Virus record (IMG/VR): IMGVR_UViG_3300033153_004539
Coordinates: 1-52,405 of that record
Strand: one strand, 5' to 3'
Length of the DNA stretch: 52,405 bases
Source of the DNA: a virus
Taxonomy: Duplodnaviria; Caudoviricetes
Shown: positions 18,934 to 29,188 of the stretch, piece after piece
How the letters are laid out: the number at the start of each line of letters is the position of its first letter
Numbering within the stretch: the stretch's first letter is position 1
Notes under the pieces: model-generated
The model's database searches: none
Told to the model about the DNA's origin: nothing
What the model saw: only the letters and a program-made list of their open reading frames with translations
Translations under genes and position numbers: made by a program

Positions 18934-19686
18934 TTATTCCACATGTGTAGCTTCATCTGAAGAACCAAATTTGTCAATTTGATAATGGAAATCTAGCTCT
19001 AGTAAATAAGCATCTAAAGACGTGAACGTATCATTAGCATGACTACTGTTACGTCTTAACTCACCTATAATCATTATAGATACGTCACCTATATCTGTAT
19101 AAGTTGACATATCAATACTATCAATATCACTGTAATTATGTACATTAAGTGCAGCATTAGCTACATCAGCTGTTATATTTATATTGGCACCAAAAGCCGA
19201 ACCTATCTCAGCAATATTGTAAGTTAACGACCAGCGGACATTACCTACTGTAGCATCTTCACCTACCCAGTGAACATGAGCCTCTAAATCTGTCCCCATT
19301 TTATAGTTGTGAGGTAACTGAGCAGAGAAATAGATTTTCTCCTCATTACCCTCTACAGCTTGATCACTAAAAGCTAATACCTGAGCACTCTTGTATGCTG
19401 TCCAAGTGGGGTTATTAGATGATGGTATTTTAAGACTACTAACTGGGAAACGCATATCATCCCATACGGGAGTGACTAACTTAATATCATCTTCGCCCGT
19501 TCTTGTGAACAAGGCTCTTAAGTGATCCTGCATAGCAAGCAGTTCACAAGCTAACCTTTTATAGTCACTATCATCTGGTGTATCAATGACGTGTGTACTA
19601 GTGTGATTCTCAGTAAGCCCATCCCACTGTGCATCTGGGAAATAAGCCAAAGGGTAACCTGGCTTAGCTAATTTAGTTCCGGTCAT
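18934..19686 (-). CDS. virion/tail accessory protein (paralogue A)
   Basis: N-terminus nearly identical to the neighbouring gene; WDDMRFP..QLPHNYK..HVHW beta-sandwich pattern. Confidence 0.65.
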   Translation of the reverse strand: MTGTKLAKPGYPLAYFPDAQWDGLTENHTSTHVIDTPDDSDYKRLACELLAMQDHLRALFTRTGEDDIKLVTPVWDDMRFPVSSLKIPSSNNPTWTAYKSAQVLAFSDQAVEGNEEKIYFSAQLPHNYKMGTDLEAHVHWVGEDATVGNVRWSLTYNIAEIGSAFGANINITADVANAALNVHNYSDIDSIDMSTYTDIGDVSIMIIGELRRNSSHANDTFTSLDAYLLELDFHYQIDKFGSSDEATHVE

Positions 19687-19692
19687 ATTAAA

Positions 19693-20622
19693 TTACACTT
19701 CCTGCAAGTCAGCTGTTACTAATCCAGAACTAGTTACATCAGCAGTAAATTGTTTGTCAACATTTAGAGCTGCTGTTACTAATCCAGAACTAGTTACATC
19801 AGAAGTTAAAAAGCCCTTACTAAGTAAAGCAGCCGTCACTAAGCCAGAAGAAGTTACAGCAACAGAAAATCGTTTAACAATTGTAGATATATTTTCTAAT
19901 GAAGAGAAGCCAAATTTATCTGCTTCATAAGTAAAGCCCAGTTCCATTAAATAGGCATCTTTATTAGTTAATGTATCAAGAGCATCAGTGCTATTGCGTC
20001 TTAACTCACCAATAAATAATATTGACCTATCTTCATCAGTATAATCTGACATATCAATAACACCTAATTCATTATAATTATGTATATTCACACCATAATT
20101 TTCAGTAGCTGCATTTATAGACGCATTATTACTAAATGTAACACCTGATTCAGCAATATTATATGTAAGTTGCCAGTAAACATTACCCTCTGTGGCATCT
20201 TCAGCTACCCAGTGAATATGTACTCTAACATTAGTACCCTTCTTATGGTCATTAGGTAATCTTAAAGTAAAAAATACACGTTCCTCATTAACAGCTTGAT
20301 CCTCAAAAGCTAATACTTCTGAACTTTTATATGTTGTCCATTCAGGACCATTAGATGCTGGTACTCTTAAATTATTTATAGTGAATCTAAAATCCTTATA
20401 CACTGTATTAACTAACTCTATATTATCATTATCACTTCTCGTTAAGAGAGCATTAAGGTGATTTTGTACAGCTATTAGTTCTGAGGCTAAACGCTTATAA
20501 TCACTGTCATTAGATGTAACAACAACATGTGTACTGCTATGATTAGGTGTAAGCCCATTCCACTGCTCATTTGGAAAATAAGCTAAAGGGTAACCTGGCT
20601 TAGCTAAATTAGTTCCTGTCAC
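19693..20622 (-). CDS. virion/tail accessory protein (paralogue B) with three C-terminal VTSSGLVTA repeats
   Basis: Paralogous to 18934-19686 along its length, plus a repeat tail. Confidence 0.65.
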   Translation of the reverse strand: MTGTNLAKPGYPLAYFPNEQWNGLTPNHSSTHVVVTSNDSDYKRLASELIAVQNHLNALLTRSDNDNIELVNTVYKDFRFTINNLRVPASNGPEWTTYKSSEVLAFEDQAVNEERVFFTLRLPNDHKKGTNVRVHIHWVAEDATEGNVYWQLTYNIAESGVTFSNNASINAATENYGVNIHNYNELGVIDMSDYTDEDRSILFIGELRRNSTDALDTLTNKDAYLMELGFTYEADKFGFSSLENISTIVKRFSVAVTSSGLVTAALLSKGFLTSDVTSSGLVTAALNVDKQFTADVTSSGLVTADLQEV

Positions 20623-21890
20623 ACTAACACTCCTGTCATTAATCCAGTACCCAGAATCGAAGACTCAAACTGATGTGAACCTGCAATACTACCTTCAAAA
20701 TTAATACTTACTGAATACTGGCACTCACGTCCTGTATTAGCCTTAACCCTAGCTGAGGGTGTTAAGATAATACCCTTCCACTGCCTACCCTCATGGTCCA
20801 GTAAGCCTATCTCTTTACCTATGCTTATGTTTAAAAATCTTAATAAGCTATCAGTTACAGCATGAGTTAAATTAGTAAATTTCATATCTAGCCTCTCAGC
20901 AATAGGCCAGTACACCTGTCTATGTATTACTAAATCACCACCACGTGTACGTCTGTTGATACGTCTAAATTCAAAATCTTCCGAGTTATCAAACTCTGGT
21001 GCTCTTAAGATAATAGTATAATCTGGATCATAGAAAGGATATGTTAAAGTTACGTTACCTTCAGTAATAGTATGTGGGCTGAATAACGAAGTATAAGTAT
21101 CTTCTATATTAGGTACTGCATATTGCGTCAGCAATAATGTATTACTTAAGCTTCTATTGAATTCTGCATCAGCTTCTACTGTTTGTATTAACTCTAACGT
21201 ACTCTCTATAAGAGTTGATTTTTCATAGGCTAATGTCTGTGTTAAAGATAAATTACTAATTACTACTTCATAAGCTGCTACCGTTAATACTTCATGAGTG
21301 AAATTTATATGGTTGCCAACTTGCACAACCAATACTTTAGCTGACTCTTGCGTCAGCTGAAGGTAACTCGTTATAGATATATTTGTGATAGATCGCTGAA
21401 CTTCGACACTTTGTCTCAGTCCGCGATCAGCACAAAGAGCAGCTAACTCTTCAATAGTTAATGTAGATAATTCTTCAATAGTGTGCCAACACATACTTAA
21501 ATCGTGATTAAGCGATAAGTATGTTGGTACTTTAACTTCAACTTCTTGTGTTAACTCTAGTACAGACTCTACATCACGGTAATGTAAGCTAGAAGCTAAC
21601 GCTTGTGTTAACTCTAATTCACTTGTTACAGATAAGGGTATTGCCGTAAGGTAACTTACGTCTTGAGTAAAAGTTAATTCACTCGCTAGAGACTCAATAT
21701 AAGCTGGTTGTAGTAAAGATTGACTTAAGCCTACAGTATGCTCAATAGTTTTTATAACTGTTCCAGGTTCTAAGTCTTGACCTAACGTATCAAATATCGA
21801 CGTTAGATAAAATCTTCTAACCCAATTAACATCTGCTGTAGATGTTAAGGTTAGAAGATTAGAAACATCTTCGCGATATTTTTTAGCCAT
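20619..21890 (-). CDS. distal-tail-like protein with N-terminal SxLxLTQ repeats
   Basis: Repeats S-x-L-(E/T)-LTQ; C-terminal domain LDHEGRQWKGII similar to the C-terminus of 39962-41296. Confidence 0.6.
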   Translation of the reverse strand: MAKKYREDVSNLLTLTSTADVNWVRRFYLTSIFDTLGQDLEPGTVIKTIEHTVGLSQSLLQPAYIESLASELTFTQDVSYLTAIPLSVTSELELTQALASSLHYRDVESVLELTQEVEVKVPTYLSLNHDLSMCWHTIEELSTLTIEELAALCADRGLRQSVEVQRSITNISITSYLQLTQESAKVLVVQVGNHINFTHEVLTVAAYEVVISNLSLTQTLAYEKSTLIESTLELIQTVEADAEFNRSLSNTLLLTQYAVPNIEDTYTSLFSPHTITEGNVTLTYPFYDPDYTIILRAPEFDNSEDFEFRRINRRTRGGDLVIHRQVYWPIAERLDMKFTNLTHAVTDSLLRFLNISIGKEIGLLDHEGRQWKGIILTPSARVKANTGRECQYSVSINFEGSIAGSHQFESSILGTGLMTGVLV

Positions 21891-21928
21891 TACAAGCCAC
21901 TACGTAACAGAGGACTCTGGACTCTGGA

Positions 21929-22464
21929 TTAAGCACTAACTGTATAAGTAATCTTCAACTGATCACCATTTGATACTGGTACAGCAGCAGCAAACAGAGC
22001 AGTCGCAATACACCATTAACAGTAGCAGAACCAGTAATATTAAATGTAGCAGCAGTACCATTAGTAGTGCTTTGAGAGGCAGCAACAGCACTACCCCAAG
22101 CTACACGTGTACCTTCACTATAGGTTGTAAATTCATTCCAACCAGAGGCACTTGACATAGTGTCAGTATCATTTAGACCAGTATAACCACTGGAGTCAAT
22201 AAGACCAATGAACCAACTATTGTTAGCTGTCTGAACACCATCATTAAACATGTCATCGAGGATTTTGTCTTTGCCCTCATTGACAATACCGTTAGGCATA
22301 GAGTAACGGCCTTTAATTCTACCGTCTTTATCTAAGTGCTCAATATCAAATCGACCTTTAGGTTCTAACTGATTCTTTGCACCTTGGATCTTTTCGACCT
22401 TGCCACTTGCCTTAACAAGTTCCACACCAACATTACTTTTAAAAGCAGCTTTTGTACCAGCCAT
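21929..22464 (-). pseudogene. small fibre-subunit-type virion protein, frameshifted near 22007
   Basis: The ORF ends in implausible residues; another frame reads ATALFAAAVPVSNGDQLKITYTVSA* to 21929, a typical C-terminus for this protein type. Confidence 0.7.
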
Positions 22465-22476
22465 ACTTAATTTCTC

Positions 22477-25400
22477 CTAATTTAATCTAAGAGTACCACG
22501 CTTCAATTCCCGTCTTATGGCTTCGCCAATTTTACGGGCTGTAACATCAGGTGTTGAGCCACTCTCAACAGCTACATTAATGTCACCAAAATTAGAATTG
22601 ACCACTTCCCCAGCAGCAGCTCTAGGTGTTTTTACACCTGAGTTAATTGCAGTAAGTAAAGGTAAAAATGCCCTAGTAGCACTAGCATTTGTAATAAATT
22701 CTTTAGGGCTAAATTGACCAAATACTGTATCATTACCAATTGATGCAGTACCACCACCAGCAAACCTGCCACCTGCTGACGAATTAGCAGCAGCTTTACC
22801 TGCTTCTATTTCTCGTCTTATCGCAGCAGCTTCAGCAGCTAAACTACGTAATTGTGCTACTTGTGAAGCAAGCACTGATACAGTTTGTTGGGCAAGGGCT
22901 TGCAATTGGTACTGAGCAGCCATTTGTTGGTTACCAATTTCACTAGCAGAATATACAAATTCTTGAGTAGTGCTTATCATATTTTGAATAATACTATTCA
23001 TATTTTGTGCTGCTTGAAGTATACCTTCAGTATTTAAATTAGCAGCTGCCTGTTTTAATAAATTAAGACTTTGTGCTATACTAGACAATTTGTTAGGTAA
23101 TTCAGGATTATTAACAGTTACTAAAGAAATATTTTGTAAACTGTGAGCTAAAGCATCTAAATTAGAACTTGCAACTTCTGTACCTAAAGACGTTACAGAT
23201 TCTCTAATGCGTGACATTAACGAGCTTACATGTTCTCCATAAAGATTTTCTAGTTCCGTAATTCTCTCTAATGCTGCCCTAACTGGTTCTGTGTTTATTT
23301 CTGACTCTTGCCCAGGTACAGGTGTATTAGAAGGTACAGGTTCTACACCTTTTCTACCAGAAATAAGTTCTTCAGTTATTTCCTCCATCTCCGTTTTTAA
23401 GTTTTTAAGTGTCTCTAATTTAGCATCAAGCTCTTCCTCTATTCTCTGTAAATCAGATTTTAATGTAGCTGTCTCTTCTTCTGATATGCCACTTAAGTCA
23501 TTCTTTAAATCTTCACGAAGTTTCATTAATCCTTGTTGTTCTAAGTATAATCCCTTTATTTGTGATGAAATTTCTTTAAGTCTGGTATCAGCTTCTATTG
23601 TTTTCTTTAAAAATTCTTCTTCTGTTTTTAATGCTTTGGTTATTTCAGCAGCAGCTTCTTTTTGAACAGCTCCAAGATCTGCTGCACCTTCCATGGCACC
23701 TAATAACCCTTGTATACCTTGTAATGCCTCAGCAGGCTTTACATCCTTTTGCCTCATTATTTCTACTAAATCAAGATATCTTTCTGATATATCTTGTAAT
23801 GCAAATGAAGCTATTGGACCCTCATTTGCTATACCCCGTAATGCTGTTTTTATACCCTCAAACTGATCAAAACCCAAAGCCGAACCAGTAGCATCTGTAA
23901 CTTTTCTTATATTACTTAAGGAATTAGCTATTGAGATATTAGAGTCTTGTATACCCCAACTAGCTTGCCTCAATGCAGATTCATAAGCTATGACCTCTTG
24001 AGTTGGTGCTTCATATATTTTTGCTTTTTGTGTAATACCTAATGCTTTATCTAATAAATCTTGACTTTTCTTTTGTTCTATAACAATTTCTTTTGCATCT
24101 TCCTTAGATTTTTTCATTGCTTTTTCATCAATATTTAACCAACTTCCAACACCTTCTTTTTGTTGTCTTGTAATTGGTATATCTAAAGATTTTTGAAGCT
24201 CAGGTACCTCTTTTTGAGCATCCTTTACAGCTTCATTAAATTTTTCTAATTCTTCTTTAGCTTTACGTATACCAGCTGCTAATAATGTAAATGCCTTAGT
24301 TAAAATAGTAGAATCAGTACCTAAATCAGTAAGTAAATTAAGGGTATTTTCTAAGACATTAATTAAAAGTGGTAATGATTTTTGTATTTGCTGTTGACCT
24401 ACTCTTATAGCATTATTAAGCCTGTCCATATTTTCACTGGCGTTAACCATAACTTCTATATTTTTTAAATGTACCCTTTCAAATTCTGCTATAGCATCTA
24501 ATTGCTCTTGATTACCACCTGCAAGTGCCCTAGCAGAAGCTACAATATCTTTAAAAGTTTTTGCAAATTTTTCTGGGTTAAAGTGTTCTAAATTATTTAG
24601 TTGGTTATTGAGAGAAGCTACAGCATTGTCGAAATTTTTAAGATCTTGTATAGCCCCACTACTAATACCTGTTTCTGCGGCTGCCGCAGCATCACCCATT
24701 CTTAATAAGGCTCTAGTAAGGAAACCAAGACCTAATGTTTCCTTCTCAAGAAGAGGTAAATGTATTTTTATTTTTTCACCAGCTTCACCTAACTTACCAC
24801 CAAACTCTGTTTGTTGATATGTTAAATATTTAATAGTTTCACCAATAAGTCTTACTTGATTTTTAAAATCTTCAGCTAATTGTACAATTTCATTACCACG
24901 AGTTCTAACTTCAACTTCTTTACCAGATCTTTTTTCTATTGATTCATCGGCAAGAGTTTGAAATACATCATTAAGAGACTCCATTAATTTATCAGCATCT
25001 AATGTTGCTTTTTGAAGGTTTCTACTTAAATCTTTTATTATACCAGGTTCACCCATTTTCTTAAGTAATATTCTTGGGCCATCATTTGCTGGCAAAAGCA
25101 TATCTTCAAATTCTTTACTTAGTCTATCATAAACAGATTTTATTTCATTATATAATTCTAGTGCGGCTTCCTTATCTCCTTGTAAAAGTAAAGCATTAAG
25201 TTCTTGGACCTTCATCCTTGCCCAGCCCATAAATCTCTGTACAGCTTCCCTAGCATTACCTTGTTCTATAGCTATCTCTATTGCTAATTTTTCAACACCT
25301 TCTATACCACGTATTTCAGCTAAAAATCTATTCCATATAGAATTTATAGCTGCTAAATCTTGAAATATCTTTCTCTTTACTCTTTCAAAACTTTCAGAAA

Positions 25401-27105
25401 ATGCTCTATCTAATAAAAATAACTCATCTGAGATAATATTTCTTGCTTCAGCTGCCGCCTTAGCTATTTGATCAAGCTGTTCCTGTGAGTATTTTGCAAA
25501 ATCAGAGAACACCTCTCTCATAGCATCCCGATACGCATAAGCAGCTAGCGTACCTGCAACAAATATTGCAGCTAAAACAGCACCAGCTGGTCCACCAGCA
25601 AGAGCTAAAAGGGCACCTAAAGCTTTTGTAGCTAAAGCTAATGCTTTAGGGAATAAAGTAACACTTACAAGAACTTTTTCTGCACCAACTGCCCATAACC
25701 CGAAACCATACACAATAGAAGTTAACCTGGTTACAAATCCAGCTAGCAATACAGCACCTAAAACTAGACCTAATCCTTTTAATGCAACAGCAAGATATTC
25801 TATAACAGTAGATAATTTAACTATTTTTTCACTAAATGCAGCTACTGTATTAACAATACCCTCACCAAAATCGAATAAAAAGAAATTCTTTATACGTGTA
25901 AATTCTTCTTGTAATATACGTCCCGCTGTTCTAACTTCATCTTGAGCCGCCGCAGCATCATAAGCAGCATCACTAATTTTATCAAAAGATTCTGCAAATT
26001 TATCAGCATCAAGACCAGCCGCACCCATGATGGCTCTAATACGACCAAATAATTCCCCCAATTCTCCTAAAGGATCATTAGTTGCATTAATATGTTGTTG
26101 TAATTTTTTTAGAAATCCACCGAAACCATATGTCTCAACAGCAGCAGTAGCAGATGAAACACCTAATTCGTGGAAAAATGCAGTCATAGCCTTAGTTGGC
26201 CTGACCATTTTTAATAACACATTACGCAAGAATGTTTGTGATTGTGATACCTGAACACCTTGAATAGATAACGTAGCAATAGCTGCCTCAAGCTCTTGGA
26301 ATGAGACACCTACCTTAGACGCAATAATAGCTACATTACCAATAGTTTCAGCTATTTGATCTAATCTTAATCTACCTAACTCAATAGTCTTAAATAATGA
26401 AGCAGACACTCTGTCTGCTGCTTCTGCTTCAAGACCATAAGCATTAAGAATACCAGTTAATGCTTGAACGGCTGTAGAAGCATCTGTTACTGTAATACGT
26501 GCTAATTGAAGTGCCTCACGTAAAAAGATTATTGCTTCTGCACCATGAGCCACCTGATTAGATAATGTTTGATAAGCTGCCTCAGCTATATCTATAGCTG
26601 GTTTGCCGAATTCATCTGATAATGCTCTTAATTCTTTAGACCATGTTGCTGTTGCTGTAGCAGCTTCTTGGTTAATGGTCTTAAGCTCGCCAATTTTAAC
26701 ACTAAATTCTTGAGCTTCTTTTACGGCTTGCTGGAAACCTCTTACAAGATCAGTAGTGAACCTAGATATAATAGTTCCTACTAAAACTCTACCAACACTC
26801 CTCCAAGAAACTAATACTGATTGTGTGCTAGTATTTATTTTCTTTGTGGCAGTATCGACTCGTTTTAATTGATCCCTTAATCTTTTAGCCTCAGCTTGAC
26901 TTTTATTTAATTGTGCTTTTAATTTAGCAGCTGCCGAAGCTGCACGTTTCATACCTGTTGAACTTGAACTAGCACCCATCTGCCTGCCAAGCTCAATATG
27001 TTTTTCTAATAATTTATTAGCACCATGTACAGATGCTAAAAATTTCTTTACTGCTGGATCAATAACAGCAGATAACCTTAATTCTGTGTGTTTTTCATCA
27101 GCCAT
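22477..27105 (-). CDS. tail tape measure protein (TP901-like core)
   Basis: 1542 aa, Ala-rich helical, central hydrophobic segment, C-terminal FAGGG..DTV..EFI motif. Confidence 0.92.
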   Translation of the reverse strand: MADEKHTELRLSAVIDPAVKKFLASVHGANKLLEKHIELGRQMGASSSSTGMKRAASAAAKLKAQLNKSQAEAKRLRDQLKRVDTATKKINTSTQSVLVSWRSVGRVLVGTIISRFTTDLVRGFQQAVKEAQEFSVKIGELKTINQEAATATATWSKELRALSDEFGKPAIDIAEAAYQTLSNQVAHGAEAIIFLREALQLARITVTDASTAVQALTGILNAYGLEAEAADRVSASLFKTIELGRLRLDQIAETIGNVAIIASKVGVSFQELEAAIATLSIQGVQVSQSQTFLRNVLLKMVRPTKAMTAFFHELGVSSATAAVETYGFGGFLKKLQQHINATNDPLGELGELFGRIRAIMGAAGLDADKFAESFDKISDAAYDAAAAQDEVRTAGRILQEEFTRIKNFFLFDFGEGIVNTVAAFSEKIVKLSTVIEYLAVALKGLGLVLGAVLLAGFVTRLTSIVYGFGLWAVGAEKVLVSVTLFPKALALATKALGALLALAGGPAGAVLAAIFVAGTLAAYAYRDAMREVFSDFAKYSQEQLDQIAKAAAEARNIISDELFLLDRAFSESFERVKRKIFQDLAAINSIWNRFLAEIRGIEGVEKLAIEIAIEQGNAREAVQRFMGWARMKVQELNALLLQGDKEAALELYNEIKSVYDRLSKEFEDMLLPANDGPRILLKKMGEPGIIKDLSRNLQKATLDADKLMESLNDVFQTLADESIEKRSGKEVEVRTRGNEIVQLAEDFKNQVRLIGETIKYLTYQQTEFGGKLGEAGEKIKIHLPLLEKETLGLGFLTRALLRMGDAAAAAETGISSGAIQDLKNFDNAVASLNNQLNNLEHFNPEKFAKTFKDIVASARALAGGNQEQLDAIAEFERVHLKNIEVMVNASENMDRLNNAIRVGQQQIQKSLPLLINVLENTLNLLTDLGTDSTILTKAFTLLAAGIRKAKEELEKFNEAVKDAQKEVPELQKSLDIPITRQQKEGVGSWLNIDEKAMKKSKEDAKEIVIEQKKSQDLLDKALGITQKAKIYEAPTQEVIAYESALRQASWGIQDSNISIANSLSNIRKVTDATGSALGFDQFEGIKTALRGIANEGPIASFALQDISERYLDLVEIMRQKDVKPAEALQGIQGLLGAMEGAADLGAVQKEAAAEITKALKTEEEFLKKTIEADTRLKEISSQIKGLYLEQQGLMKLREDLKNDLSGISEEETATLKSDLQRIEEELDAKLETLKNLKTEMEEITEELISGRKGVEPVPSNTPVPGQESEINTEPVRAALERITELENLYGEHVSSLMSRIRESVTSLGTEVASSNLDALAHSLQNISLVTVNNPELPNKLSSIAQSLNLLKQAAANLNTEGILQAAQNMNSIIQNMISTTQEFVYSASEIGNQQMAAQYQLQALAQQTVSVLASQVAQLRSLAAEAAAIRREIEAGKAAANSSAGGRFAGGGTASIGNDTVFGQFSPKEFITNASATRAFLPLLTAINSGVKTPRAAAGEVVNSNFGDINVAVESGSTPDVTARKIGEAIRRELKRGTLRLN

Positions 27106-27680
27106 TACGAAAGTCTCACAGTTTTAGTCACAACTCTTAAATCCCTATGCAAAGCTTTATAGAACTCTCTTTTTGGCATATCAAATTTTAAATAAGTCTT
27201 GAAAGCCCTTTTACCTGCATCAAAAGCTGCCCAAGGTGGATTACTTGGTAATGTAATCCACTTTGGTGCAGGTGAAATATCATTCCATAATACATAAGGC
27301 AATTTTTCATCAAAAATAAAAGTATACATAGGGTAGTTATAACGTAATTCATATTCAGCATAGTTATTTGAACCTGATCCAACACTAAATCTTTCACCTT
27401 GGATTATTATATAACCTTTCTTTAATTTTGCTTGTCTTTGCCTTTCAAATTTTGAATCATAATAACTTACGCCTTTACCTACAGCTACTTTTAATTCTCT
27501 ACCAAGTGGCTTAAATGTACCTCTAGCGGTACCCGTATATTCTGGTACTTTAAGTAAAACTGCTTTTAGCCACTCCCTTGTAGCATTACGTAATTGTCTC
27601 TGAAAAAATTTATCTAATTCATTGTGACCTTTAAGACCATCAACTTTCATTAATTGTACAGTTGATTTTAATTTTAACAT
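27105..27680 (-). CDS. HK97 gp10-like / tail completion protein
   Basis: Basic protein with KVPEYTGTARG motif (P-x-x-TG-x-xR). Confidence 0.55.
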   Translation of the reverse strand: MLKLKSTVQLMKVDGLKGHNELDKFFQRQLRNATREWLKAVLLKVPEYTGTARGTFKPLGRELKVAVGKGVSYYDSKFERQRQAKLKKGYIIIQGERFSVGSGSNNYAEYELRYNYPMYTFIFDEKLPYVLWNDISPAPKWITLPSNPPWAAFDAGKRAFKTYLKFDMPKREFYKALHRDLRVVTKTVRLS

Positions 27681-27910
27681 TACTTTAACTTAGCTCCAGA
27701 TATTGCTTCAAGCTCATAACCACGTTCAACCTGCCTTATTTGCTCATAAGCAAACATCTTAGCTTGCGACCATGGACTATTATCCTCAAATTTTTCTTCA
27801 ATACCTGGTGGTCTAAGTCTAAATCTTTCACATATTCGATATATTAAATATTCTATAGTTCTACCTTTCGGTATTATTTCGCGTTTTTCAGAGACTGACC
27901 TTGTAAAAAA
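27680..27910 (-). CDS. -1 frameshift extension of the tail assembly chaperone (gpGT equivalent), absent from the ORF track
   Basis: Slippery T TTT TTA at 27910-27904; -1 frame open for about 75 codons to TAA at 27680-27682, which overlaps the next ATG. Confidence 0.85.
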   Translation of the reverse strand, partial: FFTRSVSEKREIIPKGRTIEYLIYRICERFRLRPPGIEEKFEDNSPWSQAKMFAYEQIRQVERGYELEAISGAKLK

Positions 27911-28347
27911 GATTTCTTAGCCTCTTTGAGCATTTCATCATCAAGAGAATTAGCTCGCATAACACCTTGTAATAGTCTAAACATTTCTATTTCAGTAAAT
28001 CCAGATTCTTTAAGCTCTTCTTGATATTTATCCCAAGTGGAAGGTTTTTCCATATCAACCTTTTCCCACTCTAAATCTTTACTATTTTCTAAAGATTTTA
28101 ATACAGTGTAATGGGTACGTAAGGTAGCCCAAGCTTCTAATTGTTCTTTATACTCTGGGTTTTCAGTATCCTCCTTCCTAACACCACCAGGATACAATCT
28201 CTCTGGTGGCTTAGGAGGAGGACACAATTCATTAAATTCATCATAATCTGGTATGGCTTCACAGAAGAATGGAATATCTTCTTCAGGCCGTGGTATTACA
28301 ACTACTTCAATATTACGACCTTCTATCTTTTTTCCTTTAATCTTCAT
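27874..28347 (-). CDS. tail assembly chaperone (gpG equivalent)
   Basis: Lies between tail tube and TMP; AAGGAG RBS before ATG 28347; ends after KKSFL at the slippery site. Confidence 0.8.
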   Translation of the reverse strand: MKIKGKKIEGRNIEVVVIPRPEEDIPFFCEAIPDYDEFNELCPPPKPPERLYPGGVRKEDTENPEYKEQLEAWATLRTHYTVLKSLENSKDLEWEKVDMEKPSTWDKYQEELKESGFTEIEMFRLLQGVMRANSLDDEMLKEAKKSFLQGQSLKNAK

Positions 28348-28372
28348 AAATATCTCCTTGGGTTGGGTAAAC

Positions 28373-29176
28373 TTAAGCACGCCGTGCAAGAGTAGCATAA
28401 TTACGATTAGCACGACCAGAGACAGCAACAGTACCATCACGTAAGTCATGGTCTAACGATTCCCAGTAAAATTCTTCGATAGTGATAATTTCATTATCGG
28501 CAGAACCACAATCTGGGTTATTAAGCACTTCTAAGTCAACCGAATAAGGTTGACATGGATCAGTAGAACTACTAATCCAAGCAGCAGCAAGACCAGTCTT
28601 CTTCATAGCTTCTTCAAGAGTAGGAACACTGTCACCAGAAGCTGAAGACAGAAAATCCCAAGTAAAGTCCATAGATACATCCATTGGCTCTTCATCCGCA
28701 AGCCTAACAGTATCAATAAGACCTCTGTCGAGCGTAAACTCAATAGGTCGTTTTTCACTATAAGTAATATTACCTTCACCAATGGTGACGGTCATACTAT
28801 TTTGACCTAAAAGAGTCTGCTCAGCAAGAGCTTCAACAATACCAGTGCCAGCAGTCTCAAGAGCAACAGTAACTAATGCAGCAGCATCAGAGTCAGCATC
28901 AATAGCTGTCTTAAGTAAAGCTGCTGTAGTTTCAATAGCACTACCAGTACCAGTGGCAAGGCTAACATCAATATCTTCATTATCAACTGTGATCGTAAGA
29001 GACTGTGAAGCACTCCCAGGATCAGTAAAAGTAATAGTAACAGGCTTACTACCATGATGTGTACTAACAGTAGTGAAAATTAAATCACTATCAGAATTAG
29101 TGCTATCCATGGTAGTAACAGAGGGTGTACCGTCCCAAATTTTAATGGTACATTCCTTGATGTCGATTTGAGCCAT
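28373..29176 (-). CDS. major tail tube protein with an inserted ~100-aa domain
   Basis: Position; IGEGNITYSE, DRGLID; Thr/Ala-rich insertion near the N-terminus. Confidence 0.75.
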   Translation of the reverse strand: MAQIDIKECTIKIWDGTPSVTTMDSTNSDSDLIFTTVSTHHGSKPVTITFTDPGSASQSLTITVDNEDIDVSLATGTGSAIETTAALLKTAIDADSDAAALVTVALETAGTGIVEALAEQTLLGQNSMTVTIGEGNITYSEKRPIEFTLDRGLIDTVRLADEEPMDVSMDFTWDFLSSASGDSVPTLEEAMKKTGLAAAWISSSTDPCQPYSVDLEVLNNPDCGSADNEIITIEEFYWESLDHDLRDGTVAVSGRANRNYATLARRA

Positions 29177-29188
29177 TATTTATGCTCC

